From: an uncultured bacterium
GTDB taxonomy: Bacteria; Zhuqueibacterota; QNDG01; DSAB01
Length of the DNA: 64,000 nt
Assembly (NCBI GenBank): GCA_964617625.1
Contig: CAZTZL010000003.1
Coordinates: 10,130-74,129 of the forward strand
Reading direction: 5' to 3'
This document shows positions 49,258 to 60,526 of the stretch, piece after piece (within the stretch, counting starts at the first letter, position 1; each line of letters begins with the position of its first letter). The translations under genes were made by a program, and so were the position numbers. The notes beneath the pieces were generated by a model that was not told where the DNA came from, did not search any database, and saw only the letters and a list, made by a program, of their open reading frames with translations.

Positions 49258-50175
49258 TTGATTGAAATCCGCGGAATGCGTTCCGGAGAACTCAAGTCTG
49301 TTCACCGGATACTCGGCAGGGCCTTCCCCGATACACCCGGATCATTCTTCGATCAGCAGGTCAAAAATGATCCTTATTTGCGGCCCGAAGACACACGGAT
49401 TCTTTTGGAAAACGGAAAAATCCGCGCCTGTGTCCGGGTCTATTTCCGGGATATTTACTGTCTGAGCGAAACCATAAAAATCGGCGGGATCGGCGACGTG
49501 GGGACTGATACAAACCATCAGCATCGGGGATATGCATCACAGTTGATGGGAAACGCAATTCAGTACATGAGGGACAACGGCGCTCTCCTCTCTATCCTCT
49601 TTACACGGATCAATCCGTTTTATCATTCGTTCGGATATATCGACCTGCCCACACTGCAGGTAGAAGCGGAAATCCCGCAACGCAGATCAGAAATCGAATA
49701 CCGGACAGCCGATCTCGGGAAAGATTTGAAACAGCTTCAAAAACTTTACACGGACTTCAACCAAAATAAAATCGGACCCATGGTCAGAGATTCACGTTAC
49801 TGGAAACAGCAAATGAAATTTCCAAGAATCGATACCGGTCTGTTCTGGATTATTGAGGAGGACAACGCACTTCAGTGCTACATCCGTGGAAAAATCGAAG
49901 CGGATTACATTAAAATTCAGGAGTGGGCGTATCAACTGGGTAAACAGGAGTACGTACTTAACCTGATTGGTGAAATGGCGCGCGCAACCCATAAAAAAAA
50001 GAGTTACTCCCGCTATCTTTCGGAACAGGAAATAACCCTTTTTAAACAATGGCCCTGTCACATCACAGAGAACAAAACATCAATGGTTCGTCTGATTCAA
50101 CTCGATAAAGGCTCTTCTTTCAGCAATATTCTAAGACCTCACCATTTTCTCTTCTGGGAATCCGACCGTTTCTAA
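49258..50175 (+). CDS. GNAT-family N-acetyltransferase (Eis-like, with C-terminal SCP2-like region)
   Basis: 305 aa (TTG start on track; ATG at 49276 also possible). The acetyl-CoA motif region HQHRGYASQLMGNAIQY. Confidence 0.55.
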   Translation: MIEIRGMRSGELKSVHRILGRAFPDTPGSFFDQQVKNDPYLRPEDTRILLENGKIRACVRVYFRDIYCLSETIKIGGIGDVGTDTNHQHRGYASQLMGNAIQYMRDNGALLSILFTRINPFYHSFGYIDLPTLQVEAEIPQRRSEIEYRTADLGKDLKQLQKLYTDFNQNKIGPMVRDSRYWKQQMKFPRIDTGLFWIIEEDNALQCYIRGKIEADYIKIQEWAYQLGKQEYVLNLIGEMARATHKKKSYSRYLSEQEITLFKQWPCHITENKTSMVRLIQLDKGSSFSNILRPHHFLFWESDRF

Positions 50176-50199
50176 CTCAAATCTGATTCAAGAATGAAT

Positions 50200-50655
50200 T
50201 TATTTCTCGGCTTTGGAAATGATATCGAAAGCCGCTTTCGGTGAAGCGGCATCTTTCAAGCTGTCTCGAAATGCAGTATTCATGGTCAACCGTGCAATTT
50301 GCGCCAAAACCTGAACATTGGGTCCCGCTGCCGTCGAGGGTGCAACCAGCAAAAAGAAAAGATGTGAAGGCTGGCTGTCCGCAGATTGAAAATCCAGCCC
50401 CTCTTTCGATATCCCCAGCGCCATGACCATCCCGTCAGCGGCCATGGTCTTCGCATGGGGAATCGCAATCCCCTTCTCAAGACCTGTGCTCATGAGTTGC
50501 TCCCGATCCATAATCGATTTCAGCACGGCTTCACGATCCTTGATCTTTCCCGTTTTCATGGCAAGATCAAGCAGCTCTTCAATAATACCCTGCTTGTCTC
50601 TATGCATCAATGATGTTGTAATTGTTCCCTCACTCAATAGATCCGAGATGCGCAT
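50200..50655 (-). CDS. ptsN: PTS EIIA(Ntr)-type regulatory protein
   Basis: 151 aa. GIAIPHAK phosphorylatable-His motif of the EIIA fructose/nitrogen family. Confidence 0.7.
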   Translation of the reverse strand: MRISDLLSEGTITTSLMHRDKQGIIEELLDLAMKTGKIKDREAVLKSIMDREQLMSTGLEKGIAIPHAKTMAADGMVMALGISKEGLDFQSADSQPSHLFFLLVAPSTAAGPNVQVLAQIARLTMNTAFRDSLKDAASPKAAFDIISKAEK

Positions 50656-50687
50656 TTCGTAATCCTCCTTAACAAACCGATGACACT

Positions 50688-51191
50688 CTATTCCAATGCA
50701 TTATAGAGTCGTTCAATATAATCCGCATTTTTAACAATCAGAACTGAACATTTTGCTTTTCGGAATATCAATTCCGCTTCGTCGTGAAATGTGTCCGTCC
50801 TCGAAAGAACAGGATCCAGCTCACCCATCACCAAAAGATCTGCACCCATTTCTTGAATCTTATCTACGACGGATTTACTGACAACACCCTTGATAAGTTC
50901 GGTGCGGATCTCGACTCCTTTGGCTTTTCCCAATTCTGCGATATAGTTGAGATAACGCTTCCCGTCCTGCTCCAGATCCTGTTCGTAATCCATCTCCTCT
51001 ATCTTAACAAAAATACGTGCCTTAACCAGCTCATCAAGAAGATGGACATTGACCACATACAGCGCCGTGACATCCGCGCCTGTTTTTTTGGACAAGGCAA
51101 TACTGTACTGGGCTGCCGTAACACACCCTTCGGAACCATCTACAAAAATCAGTATTTTCTTTGCCGGCCCCTCTGGTAGCATAAATGTCAC
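50688..51191 (-). CDS. universal stress protein (UspA family)
   Basis: 167 aa. ILIFVDGSE...ATP-binding G-x2-G-x9-GS-like C-terminus (VMGELDPVLSRT). Confidence 0.65.
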   Translation of the reverse strand: MTFMLPEGPAKKILIFVDGSEGCVTAAQYSIALSKKTGADVTALYVVNVHLLDELVKARIFVKIEEMDYEQDLEQDGKRYLNYIAELGKAKGVEIRTELIKGVVSKSVVDKIQEMGADLLVMGELDPVLSRTDTFHDEAELIFRKAKCSVLIVKNADYIERLYNALE

Positions 51192-51817
51192 CCCTCTTTC
51201 TTCTCCAATCGCTCTTTGATTATTTTAAGAGTCGCGAACGTTCCCCGTTCGCTCTCCTCCAACGTTTCCTCGATATATTTGATGGACTCATGATAATCGG
51301 GCAGGGCAATTTTATCCAGCGCATTGACCCGCCGCATGGTCTTGCGCACTTCCTCGGCAAGTCGAACGAGTGAGATACGAAGTTCAGCCAGTTTGGCCAG
51401 ATCCTGAAGAATACTTCTGAATCGGGCAATCGTCTCGTCCACCCAGAAGCTCGTTTCGCCGAGACTGAAATAGGGAGTTACATCTTTAATTTCCACATTT
51501 ACTTTGGGAAGATTCACTCCCATCACCCGCCGCATGTCGATTGTGATATCGGAATCGATATTAACAGCCGGGGCAATATTGATCAGGGATTGCCGCCCCA
51601 TGGAAAGCACCGCTTTTTGAAGCGATTGAAAAGCCTCTGCCAATACTTTTTCCACATGTTCCTGGGCATCGGCAGTCTTGTCCATCAGGCCCATGAGTTC
51701 GACAACAAGTATCTGCCTCTTCTGCTCCAGCAGATCGTATCCTTCCTGTGCAAAAGAAAGGTCACGCCTCAATCGCATCAAATTTGTTTTTGTAGGTATA
51801 ACCTTGTAACGCGCCAT
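51188..51817 (-). CDS. atpD: V/A-type ATPase subunit D
   Basis: 209 aa. MARYKVIPTKTNLMRLRRDLSFAQEGYDLLEQKRQIL is the classic V-type D N-terminus. Confidence 0.85.
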   Translation of the reverse strand: MARYKVIPTKTNLMRLRRDLSFAQEGYDLLEQKRQILVVELMGLMDKTADAQEHVEKVLAEAFQSLQKAVLSMGRQSLINIAPAVNIDSDITIDMRRVMGVNLPKVNVEIKDVTPYFSLGETSFWVDETIARFRSILQDLAKLAELRISLVRLAEEVRKTMRRVNALDKIALPDYHESIKYIEETLEESERGTFATLKIIKERLEKKEG

Positions 51818-51880
51818 GCTCTTCTTTTATACTTTTTTCTATTTTTTCAGAAACATCCCGGCCTTTTCAATATAATCAAA

Positions 51881-52924
51881 TTACATGAGATGAATCAAGA
51901 CCGTCAGCACAAAAAAGCCCGGAATGAGGAATTTTAAAAACAACAGAAACCAGAACATCGTTCCGGTTTTTTTACGATCAAGGGATAATATCCCGTTAAT
52001 CTTCAACAGCTTTTCTATGAGGCCGCTTTTGCCTTCGTAAAAAATTGTATCCACATGCCTCGGCAGGGTCTCAGTGATAACCATTGCCTGCTTTTTCAGT
52101 TCATCTCCCTCCAGCCGCCTGAGGCATTCCAGTTTTCCTGAAATTCCTTCCATCAACAGGATCACATCCTGTTTCAGATTGATTTTTTTCGCTTCGTGAA
52201 TGAGCGATTTCATGCGGCATTTCAATCTTCTTAAAAATTTAAAATAGAACGATTTCCGGACAACCCAGATAAAAAGTACCACATCGATAATGAAAAGTAC
52301 AAGTACGAAATAACCCAGATACCTCGTATATCCCATCTGGTTCCACGTGCCGTGGATCAGAACTGAAACGATCAGCCCCGGAACGAGAAGCCACCATTTG
52401 TGCTTTCGTTTCGCAAACCCGAGAAAAACACCGCTTACCACATTGATAAAAATATGACCGGAGACCGCCCGGAGAACAACGATATCGTGCAGCGCTTTTT
52501 TATAGATGCCCATCTGACCCGTTTGGATTCCAAAGACAAAAGGGCGGAGCACAAACTGATATGAGTACCCGATATTTTCCAGAACGGTGAATCCCGCTGC
52601 GACAACCAGATAATAAACAATACCGTCGATCTCTTCATTGAATGATTTCAGGTGCCAGACAAAGATCAAAACGATGACGAGTTTCAACGCCTCTTCAAAT
52701 AAACCCGCAACAACATAGTTTTCGAAAAGAACCGAAAAATGCCAATCAAACCGGGCAAATAAAAACTGTTTGAGTTTGCCAAAAACGAACGTCAGAAGAA
52801 TCGCACAGATGTATACTTTAACCAGTGTCCACGGCGGTTCTTTCTCATTGATATCAAAAAAATAGACCAGAAGAACCAGACACGCGCTTGCAAGTATATT
52901 GGTGACAATAATGTCCCCGATCAA
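51881..52924 (-). CDS. PrsW-family-like intramembrane metalloprotease homologue with C-terminal soluble extension
   Basis: 347 aa. Multiple TM helices. Motifs EExxK (FEEALKL), FxxxE (FTVLENIG) and HxxxN (HGTWN) appear in the PrsW order. Confidence 0.45.
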   Translation of the reverse strand: MIGDIIVTNILASACLVLLVYFFDINEKEPPWTLVKVYICAILLTFVFGKLKQFLFARFDWHFSVLFENYVVAGLFEEALKLVIVLIFVWHLKSFNEEIDGIVYYLVVAAGFTVLENIGYSYQFVLRPFVFGIQTGQMGIYKKALHDIVVLRAVSGHIFINVVSGVFLGFAKRKHKWWLLVPGLIVSVLIHGTWNQMGYTRYLGYFVLVLFIIDVVLFIWVVRKSFYFKFLRRLKCRMKSLIHEAKKINLKQDVILLMEGISGKLECLRRLEGDELKKQAMVITETLPRHVDTIFYEGKSGLIEKLLKINGILSLDRKKTGTMFWFLLFLKFLIPGFFVLTVLIHLM

Positions 52925-52964
52925 CGGCAGCTCCCAATTTTAAATACATGTTTGATTAATAAAA

Positions 52965-55859
52965 TCATTTCAGAAGTATCATTTTCCCGGCGCTTACAAA
53001 TGAACCGGCCTGAATCCGACAGAAATAGACACCGCTTGCCGCCGGGCCATTCTGCGTAGCCCCGTTCCAGACAAGGGTATGACGCCCCGGTTCCTGCGTT
53101 CGATCGGAAAGCCGGGCAATCTCGCGGCCCCGAAGATCGTGTACTGTGAGAATCACGTAACTTGCCGCGGGGAGATCATATGAAATCACGGTTGAGCTGT
53201 TAAACGGATTGGGATAATTTCCCATCAACCGGAAAGTCAATGGCTGGCTGTCGCGATCCGGATCTGCTCCCGTGTTTTCAAAAATGGCCTGCCATTTGGT
53301 CTTCGCCAGAGCCGCATTCCGTTTCAAATCGCTCAAGCTCTCTCCACCCAACACTGCAAATCCGACCACAACAGATCCATCGACATCAATATCGAACGGA
53401 CCGATTCCCACGACATGGGAATAATCGCTCTGTACATCTCCCAGTGTATCCTGCACACCACCGGACAGATCCGCCCATTTTTCTGTATCGGAATACCCGT
53501 CGTAGATCTCGGTCGGATTGTCTATACACCGGTAGATCGCGGCTCCGTTTCCGCTCAACACTTGAACCCCGCAGGAAAGGGGAGGATCCTCTTTGAAAAT
53601 ATAACCCAAATTCAATGTATTGTCAAAATCCGCCATATTGGTTCCCGAATCCATATTGGGATTCAATCCCACATCCCAGTCCATAAAAAGAGCGAAATGA
53701 AGATTCCGTATCGTCTCGGAGGACAGATTATCCAGCCTGTAATGCAGAAGAACAAAATCTCCGTAAAGTGTATCGTAAAACGCCAGAGCGGTTTGCTCCA
53801 CTCCGAGATGTATTGGATTGACTGTATCGTCATCATTGAAAACTGTTTCCCCCTGTTCGTCGGCCAGCGGCCCTGGTTCGCGGATCATCAGTTCACCGTT
53901 TAATGAAGTGGTAAAATCTTTGTTCTGCACCTGTTCGTTTTCGCCTCTCGCCGCATCCGAAACATGAAGCGCATCGGTTGCGGCCATCACAGCGCCTTCG
54001 AAAAGCAGGTTCGCATATGGACCGAAAACAAATCCGTCGCCGTAGAAATTGTCGCTATAATCCGCATACGCCATGTTCCCGTTTGAAGTCAATGTCAACC
54101 GAACATCCGCCCCTTTCACCGTGCTGTACGAATAGGGTATTTCTATCTCAAAATAATCATAGTCCTGATATCCGCCGCTTCCCGTGATGGAGACAAAAAT
54201 CCCTGCTTTTTGCCCGCGCTCGGCTTCGGCATTAATCTGAATCCGAACAGGATTTCCGGTATTGCTCCATGATTCCATTTCCCCAAGATGGATACCGCTG
54301 AAATTCCCGGCAGTCAAAGTGGCGAGAGGACTGTCCGTCGAAAGTGCTAGCGTTATCTGGTCAACGGACATGAAATAATTTGTGACCGTCAATGTAATAC
54401 ATGCTTCTTCCCCCGGATCGATAATACTGTTGCCGTTGCCGTCGCTGCCTTCTTCCTGTAAAACATCGACGATTCGAACCGCTGGAGAAATATAAGTGAG
54501 CGCCCGGTACGCATTGATGCGTCCGTACCCAAGTTTGTGCTCGTATCCGAAATTGAGAGCATCGATCTGATCTGCCGAAATACGGACCTGCTGTGCCGCC
54601 TGCTGGGCCGTCCAGTTGGGATGATATCCCATGACAAGCGCAACCGCACTGGCCGTAAGCGGACTGGAAAAAGAAGTACCATCCCAGCTTGTGTAGTACA
54701 GATTGCCATAGGTGGAATAAATATCATCACCCGGAGCTGAGACGTCTACCCAGTTTCCATAATTCGACGACCCACTGGTGAAAATCGCGAGTCTGTCAGA
54801 GGGATTGGTCGCTGCGACGGAGAGTACGCCGGGATAATTGGCGGGATAAACCGGATCTTCAACTCCTTCATTTCCGGCGGCAGCAATTACCAGTGTACCA
54901 AGATTTTGTGCGTACCGAACGGCCTCTCGTTCGATATTGGAGGGCCCGCCGCTGAAACTGCAGTTAATAATATCGGCACCCATTTCTGCCGCATAGGTGA
55001 TCCCGAGATAGGTATATGACAAATATCTCGGATCTTCATTGTCTCCAGTCGCTTTCACCGTCAGTATCTTTGCATTGAATGCAGGAGCCGCAATGCCGAT
55101 TCCGTTATCAGTCACACCGCTCGCCACGCCGGCTACCATTGTTCCATGATATTTATAAGTACTCGAAGAAACAGGACTCGGATAGGGATCGTTGTCGTTA
55201 TCGGCCACATCCCAGCCGTGCCAGTCATCGATATAACCGTTGGCGTCATCGTCGATATGGTTGTCTGGAATTTCAGCTGGATTGATCCAGATATTTGCAG
55301 CCAGATCCGGATGGTCATAATAAAAACCATTATCCACAATTCCAATCAAGATTTCGGAACTCCCCTTAAAGATGTCCCATGCTTCCCGCGCCTGAATCTT
55401 GGCGAGATGCCACTGCAAATCAATATTCGGATCGTTCGGCACATAACAGATTCGCTTTAAATAAATCGGTTCCGCCCAAATTACAGAGGATTCATGGCTC
55501 AATCGTTCAACCGTTTTATAAATATCCACATTTGCGGGAAGTTTGATCCGGAATATTTTGGAGAGTTCAGTCCGGTCCTCTCTGTGTGCTGCAAATTCAT
55601 GATTGATGGAAAGAATCCCGATCTTCTGAAGAGTGTTTTCAAACGAAGCTTCGAATGTTTTATTCGGATAGGCTTTTTTCATTTTCACTACAATCACATC
55701 TGGAACAATGGGTACATCGCGAATTACCGGATAAAGCCGGTCCTTGATGGATATTGGTTCAACAATATTCTTCCTGTACGGGCGAGTAGTTCTTCCAGCA
55801 AGCATATTTTGACAAAACATCAAACCAATGAGAGGAAATAAAAATGACCTATTTGCCAT
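52965..55859 (-). CDS. S8 subtilisin-family serine peptidase with T9SS C-terminal sorting domain
   Basis: The Asp region ([13 protein letters not shown]), His motif ([11 protein letters not shown]) and Ser motif ([10 protein letters not shown]) are all present. The last roughly 80 aa (...[17 protein letters not shown]...[22 protein letters not shown]) are a Por_Secre_tail. The likely start is Met51 ([17 protein letters not shown] at 55859), which overlaps the last codons of V-ATPase B. Confidence 0.8.
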   Translation of the reverse strand: MANRSFLFPLIGLMFCQNMLAGRTTRPYRKNIVEPISIKDRLYPVIRDVPIVPDVIVVKMKKAYPNKTFEASFENTLQKIGILSINHEFAAHREDRTELSKIFRIKLPANVDIYKTVERLSHESSVIWAEPIYLKRICYVPNDPNIDLQWHLAKIQAREAWDIFKGSSEILIGIVDNGFYYDHPDLAANIWINPAEIPDNHIDDDANGYIDDWHGWDVADNDNDPYPSPVSSSTYKYHGTMVAGVASGVTDNGIGIAAPAFNAKILTVKATGDNEDPRYLSYTYLGITYAAEMGADIINCSFSGGPSNIEREAVRYAQNLGTLVIAAAGNEGVEDPVYPANYPGVLSVAATNPSDRLAIFTSGSSNYGNWVDVSAPGDDIYSTYGNLYYTSWDGTSFSSPLTASAVALVMGYHPNWTAQQAAQQVRISADQIDALNFGYEHKLGYGRINAYRALTYISPAVRIVDVLQEEGSDGNGNSIIDPGEEACITLTVTNYFMSVDQITLALSTDSPLATLTAGNFSGIHLGEMESWSNTGNPVRIQINAEAERGQKAGIFVSITGSGGYQDYDYFEIEIPYSYSTVKGADVRLTLTSNGNMAYADYSDNFYGDGFVFGPYANLLFEGAVMAATDALHVSDAARGENEQVQNKDFTTSLNGELMIREPGPLADEQGETVFNDDDTVNPIHLGVEQTALAFYDTLYGDFVLLHYRLDNLSSETIRNLHFALFMDWDVGLNPNMDSGTNMADFDNTLNLGYIFKEDPPLSCGVQVLSGNGAAIYRCIDNPTEIYDGYSDTEKWADLSGGVQDTLGDVQSDYSHVVGIGPFDIDVDGSVVVGFAVLGGESLSDLKRNAALAKTKWQAIFENTGADPDRDSQPLTFRLMGNYPNPFNSSTVISYDLPAASYVILTVHDLRGREIARLSDRTQEPGRHTLVWNGATQNGPAASGVYFCRIQAGSFVSAGKMILLK

Positions 55860-57246
55860 AAAATTTACCAATTTCCTCTTCCGTGATTCGGTGAAGTTCC
55901 TCTTTCGGCAGAAGGGAAATGACTTTCCATCCGATGTCGAGGGTTTCTTCGATGGATCTATCCTCATCCTCACGCTGTGAAAGGAATTGCTGCTCGAAAG
56001 CGTCTCCAAATTTAAGATAGGTATGATCCAGCGGGGTCAATTCCTCTTCTCCGATGACAGAAGCCAGCGCGCGCACGTCCTTGACTTTTGCATAAGCCGC
56101 AAAAAGCTGGCTCGCGATGTGGGCATGATCTTCCCGCGTCATACCGGGGCCGATGCCGTCTTTCATCAAACGTGAAAGAGAAGGCAGCCCGGCAATCGGC
56201 GGATAAATTCCTTTTTGAAAGAGTTCCCGTTCCAGAACGATCTGTCCCTCGGTAATATATCCGGTGAGATCGGGAATGGGATGGGAGATATCGTCATTCG
56301 GCATGGTAAGAATCGGCATCTGCGTGATGGAACCTGTGGAATTTTCCACCATCCCGGCCCGCTCGTACAGCGACGCAAGATCCGAATAAAGATATCCGGG
56401 ATAACTTTTCCGTGAAGGGATCTCGCCGCGCACTGTGGAAATTTCACGCAGCGCTTCACAGTAGTTGGTCATATCGGTGAGAATGACCAGCACGTGCATG
56501 TTTTCATGAAATGCGAGATATTCGGCCATGGTGAGAGCGGTTCTCGGCGTCATGAGCCGTTCGACTGATGGAGCATCGGCAAGCGACAGAAAAAGAACCA
56601 CGTTTTCAAGAACACCTGTCTCCTGAAAATTGGTAACAAAGTAGCGAGCTACATCGTTCTTCACGCCCATCGCGGCAAAAACAATAGCGAAGGAAACATT
56701 CTCTCCGACAATTTTCGCCTGCCTCGAAATCTGGGCGGTCACCTGATTGTGCGGCAGTCCTGCTCCGGAAAAAACAGGCAGCTTTTGACCGCGGACGAGT
56801 GTGTTCATGCCGTCGATGGCTGATATGCCTGTCTGTATAAATTTTGTCGGATAGGTTCGCGCCGTTGGATTGATGGGAACCCCGTTCACATCCCACCTCT
56901 CTTCGGTAATTGGAGCGGGCCCTCCGTCAATCGGGCGTCCCAATCCATTAAAGACCCTGCCGAGCATCTCCTGAGAAACGGGAAGCTTGAGAGGTTCTCC
57001 TTTGAACCGTACCATCGTATTGTCCAGAGAAAGCCCGGCTGTCCCCTCAAAAACCTGGACTACCGCATAACCTTCTCCGGTCTCCAGTACCATGCCGAGC
57101 CGTTCTTCACCGTTCGTTGTAATTTCAACGAGTTCGTTGTAACCCACATTGTGAATGTTTTTTATGAAAAAAAGTGGCCCGATAACTTTTTCAATCCCCT
57201 GATATTCTCTGGATTTGAGCAGGGTTTCTTTTTTAGAAATGCTCAT
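55849..57246 (-). CDS. atpB: V/A-type ATPase subunit B
   Basis: Conserved B-subunit blocks ([25 protein letters not shown]...). Start taken at the internal Met ([10 protein letters not shown]). Confidence 0.85.
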   Translation of the reverse strand: MSISKKETLLKSREYQGIEKVIGPLFFIKNIHNVGYNELVEITTNGEERLGMVLETGEGYAVVQVFEGTAGLSLDNTMVRFKGEPLKLPVSQEMLGRVFNGLGRPIDGGPAPITEERWDVNGVPINPTARTYPTKFIQTGISAIDGMNTLVRGQKLPVFSGAGLPHNQVTAQISRQAKIVGENVSFAIVFAAMGVKNDVARYFVTNFQETGVLENVVLFLSLADAPSVERLMTPRTALTMAEYLAFHENMHVLVILTDMTNYCEALREISTVRGEIPSRKSYPGYLYSDLASLYERAGMVENSTGSITQMPILTMPNDDISHPIPDLTGYITEGQIVLERELFQKGIYPPIAGLPSLSRLMKDGIGPGMTREDHAHIASQLFAAYAKVKDVRALASVIGEEELTPLDHTYLKFGDAFEQQFLSQREDEDRSIEETLDIGWKVISLLPKEELHRITEEEIGKFYGK

Positions 57247-59005
57247 ATATTTCTCCCAACCGCTGCATTTCCCTTTCAAGCTGTTTCTGAAGTGCATCGA
57301 GTTTTTCGATTTCGTCATTGGCGATTTTATATTTCATTCGTGATATATCTTCGATAACACGCATCCGTCTCAACTTGATCAGCGTTGCGCCCTTTTTAAT
57401 GGCTTCCGAACCGAGACGGTAATAGGTGACAATGATCTTCAACATTCTAACCTGCTTTTCAACGGTTGAGTACATGTCGATTTGATCGAATGCGGACTGC
57501 TGAAGAAAGACATTTTTGAAGAGTGTGCATACTTCAAGAATCAAACGCTGGCTGTCGGGAAGCACATCCGCCCCCACCAGTTTGACCACCTGCTGCAGCC
57601 TCTCTTCCCGCTGGAGCAGATCCATCATTTCGCCCCTGAGCTCGACCCATTCCGGATCTCCGTGTTCCTTCCACCACTGCGAAACATCCGCAATGTATTC
57701 GGAATAGGAATCAAGCCAGGAAATTGCAGGATAGTGCCGGGCATTGGCCAGGTCCCTGTCCAAAGCCCAGAAAGCCCTGACAAACCGCTTGGTGTGCTGG
57801 GTCACGGGTTCCGAAAAATCACCGCCGGGCGGTGAAACCGCTCCGACAACGGTAATGGAACCTTTGGTGCCATCCAGGGTTTGAACCATGCCGGCCCGTT
57901 CATAAAATTCGGCCAACCGTGTGGGAAGATAGGCGGGAAAACCCTCTTCCGCCGGCATCTCTTCCATCCGTCCGGAAAGTTCCCGGAGCGCCTCGGCCCA
58001 CCGGGAGGAAGAATCCGCCATGATGGCCACATGGTATCCCTGATCACGATAGTATTCGGCCATCGTAATTCCTGTATAGATCGATGCCTCTCTCGCGGCT
58101 ACCGGCATATTGGAGGTGTTGGCAATCAGGATGGTCCGTTCCATGAGCGGCCGTCCGGTTTTGGGATCTTTGAGTTTCGGGAATTCCTGAAGTACATCGG
58201 TAATCTCGTTGCCGCGTTCTCCGCAGCCGATATAAACCACCACTTCGGCATCCGACCACTTGGCCAGTTGGTGTTCGACCAGCGTTTTCCCGGTTCCGAA
58301 TCCTCCCGGAATTGCAACCGCTCCTCCTTTGGCTACAGGAAAAAGGGTATCGATCACGCGTTGACCGGTAATCAGCGGTATGTTGGATAAAAGCCGTTCA
58401 TGAATCGGCCGCGGACGCCGGACCGGCCAGCGGTGGTAAAGTTGAAGCGGGCGCTTTTCAACACCATCATCAAGGACACAAACTTCCTGTTCAATGGTAT
58501 ATTCACCCTCCGGAAATATTTTGATCACTTTTCCTTTCATGTTCGGTGGAACGAGAATCCGGTGTCCTATCCGTTCATTTTCGGCGACAGTGCCAAAGGT
58601 TTGACCGGGCTGTAAAGCATCTCCTTCTTTCACTTCAGGGGTAAAAAGCCATTTTTTCTCCCGATCCAGAGGAGCAATTTTGACTCCTTTATGAATATAT
58701 TGATCCGAAACGGATTTGATTTTTTCAAGAGGGCGCTGCACTCCATCGTAGATGGACCCCATCATTCCGGGACCCAATTCGACAGAGAGCGGCATCCCTG
58801 ATCCGTAAACCGAAGCACCTGGCGCCAAACCCGTGGTATCTTCATAAACCTGAATTGTAATTTCATCCCCCTGGAGCCGGACAATTTCACCGATCAGACG
58901 TTCTTCGCCGACTTCGACCAGTTCGAGCATCTGTGCGCGGGTTACTCCTTTGGCCTGCACGACAGGCCCCAGCACACGGCTTACTCTGCCGATAACTTCA
59001 AACAA
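57233..59005 (-). CDS. atpA: V/A-type ATPase catalytic subunit A
   Basis: 590 aa. P-loop GGFGTGKT and the A-subunit non-homologous region. Confidence 0.9.
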   Translation of the reverse strand: MFEVIGRVSRVLGPVVQAKGVTRAQMLELVEVGEERLIGEIVRLQGDEITIQVYEDTTGLAPGASVYGSGMPLSVELGPGMMGSIYDGVQRPLEKIKSVSDQYIHKGVKIAPLDREKKWLFTPEVKEGDALQPGQTFGTVAENERIGHRILVPPNMKGKVIKIFPEGEYTIEQEVCVLDDGVEKRPLQLYHRWPVRRPRPIHERLLSNIPLITGQRVIDTLFPVAKGGAVAIPGGFGTGKTLVEHQLAKWSDAEVVVYIGCGERGNEITDVLQEFPKLKDPKTGRPLMERTILIANTSNMPVAAREASIYTGITMAEYYRDQGYHVAIMADSSSRWAEALRELSGRMEEMPAEEGFPAYLPTRLAEFYERAGMVQTLDGTKGSITVVGAVSPPGGDFSEPVTQHTKRFVRAFWALDRDLANARHYPAISWLDSYSEYIADVSQWWKEHGDPEWVELRGEMMDLLQREERLQQVVKLVGADVLPDSQRLILEVCTLFKNVFLQQSAFDQIDMYSTVEKQVRMLKIIVTYYRLGSEAIKKGATLIKLRRMRVIEDISRMKYKIANDEIEKLDALQKQLEREMQRLGEIYEHF

Positions 59006-59054
59006 TCTTCATAACCTCCAATCAAACACGATTCAAACATTCGATCGCTGATAA

Positions 59055-59681
59055 TTATTCCGTTATTTTTTTTATCGCCAGCAAACGCATTTCATCCTGA
59101 TTCCGGCGAATGCGCGCGGAAAAACGATTGTCAAATCTCGCCCGGCCGTCCGCTGACGTCAGAATTATACCGCCTTCATCTATTTTCTCATCTGATAATG
59201 ATAAATTCACTTTTCTGCCATCTTTTTCAAGCTGTTTTTCAATCCTGTCGAGAGATTGCCTGGACAGCAATTTTCGTTCGATTTCTCCTGCAAGAATGTT
59301 CAAATTCTCAAATCCAAGCGCCAAAGCGCCCTCGATGATCATCGCTTCAAGAAAAGAACCGTAATCCGGAGACTTCCGGAATTGTTCCAGTTTCTCCTGA
59401 ACGATTTGGAATAATTTCAACAGCATTTCTTCTCTTGCCTGAAGGTCCTGCTTTTTGATTTCCAAATGTACACTGGAGAGTATGCGTTTCCGGATACCTT
59501 TGGCCTGAATCTCTGCCTTCTTAATCAGGCTGGATCGTATCTTTCGAGCTTCGGATTCGGCCTCCCCGATAATCCGCCCGGCTTCTTTTTCAGCCTGCTC
59601 CATAATGACGGCAGCTTCTGTTTCGGACTGTTCCCGAATCTCTTTCTGCAATATTTTCGAAGGTGCGCTCTCTTCTTTCAT
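59055..59681 (-). CDS. V/A-type ATPase subunit E
   Basis: 208 aa. Charged coiled-coil N-terminus (KILQKEIREQSETEAAVIMEQAEKEAGRII) and a globular C-terminus. Confidence 0.65.
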   Translation of the reverse strand: MKEESAPSKILQKEIREQSETEAAVIMEQAEKEAGRIIGEAESEARKIRSSLIKKAEIQAKGIRKRILSSVHLEIKKQDLQAREEMLLKLFQIVQEKLEQFRKSPDYGSFLEAMIIEGALALGFENLNILAGEIERKLLSRQSLDRIEKQLEKDGRKVNLSLSDEKIDEGGIILTSADGRARFDNRFSARIRRNQDEMRLLAIKKITE

Positions 59682-59690
59682 TTTCCTCTC

Positions 59691-59996
59691 TTATAAATGA
59701 ACACCCACAGCCGCGCGTATCAATTCACGTATCGACTTCCTCCCCTCGATGGGCCCTTCACGATCCGGAATCTCGATAATCAATGGGAAAGTCGTTTTAT
59801 AAACGTATTGATTCACAAGATTTCGAATTGTTGTCGCAATCCGCTCAGTAATAATAATAATACCGAGCCCTTCTATCTGGAAGGCTTTCTTAAGCGCTTC
59901 CTGGGCTTCTTCAGGAGAATGGACCTCCTCACCCTCCAGGCCGACCAGTCGAAATCCGAGAACCGTATCCCTGTCGCCGATAACATAAAATTTCAT
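59691..59996 (-). CDS. V/A-type ATPase subunit F
   Basis: 101 aa. MKFYVIGDRDTVLGFRLVGLEG is the F-subunit signature. Confidence 0.7.
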   Translation of the reverse strand: MKFYVIGDRDTVLGFRLVGLEGEEVHSPEEAQEALKKAFQIEGLGIIIITERIATTIRNLVNQYVYKTTFPLIIEIPDREGPIEGRKSIRELIRAAVGVHL

Positions 59997-60088
59997 AAAA
60001 TTGCCTTGCTGTCCGATTCGTAAAAATAGGGACTGTGGTTATTTATAAAAATCCCACTATCAGAAAATCGCAATATAAAACCGGGCAA

Positions 60089-60493
60089 TTAAACTCTTCC
60101 CAGAATCATGATCGCAATAATCAATCCGTAGATGGCAATCCCTTCGGCCAATCCGACAAAGATCAATGCACGGCCGGCCAGTTCAGGTTTTTCGCCGATT
60201 GCGCCCATAGCCGCTGCTCCGACATAACCGACTGCAATTCCGGCTCCGAGCGCTCCCACACTTACGGCAATCGCTGCTGCGAGGAAAGCGAATTTCATGA
60301 CTCCGGGATCGGTTTGTGCCTTTTGTTGAACTGCTTGCGCCTGCATTGAAGCAGAAGGCGTTAATGTCCCGGCTTCTTGCTGCTGTGCGACCGCTTTGAA
60401 AACATTCACACATAACAGGGTGAAAACAATAAATCCCAGGAAAAATGTGAATCCGACAATCTTTTTTCTGAAAATCTTCTGTCCTGCTGTCAT
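60089..60493 (-). CDS. V/A-type ATPase proteolipid subunit K (c)
   Basis: GIAVGYVGAAAMGAIGEKPELAGRALIFVGLAEGIAIYGLIIAIMILG is a c-ring hairpin with the conserved carboxylate E. An N-terminal extension is present. Confidence 0.75.
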   Translation of the reverse strand: MTAGQKIFRKKIVGFTFFLGFIVFTLLCVNVFKAVAQQQEAGTLTPSASMQAQAVQQKAQTDPGVMKFAFLAAAIAVSVGALGAGIAVGYVGAAAMGAIGEKPELAGRALIFVGLAEGIAIYGLIIAIMILGRV

Positions 60494-60526
60494 GGAACCA
60501 TTCCCTCCTTGTTGAAGAAAATTGAT

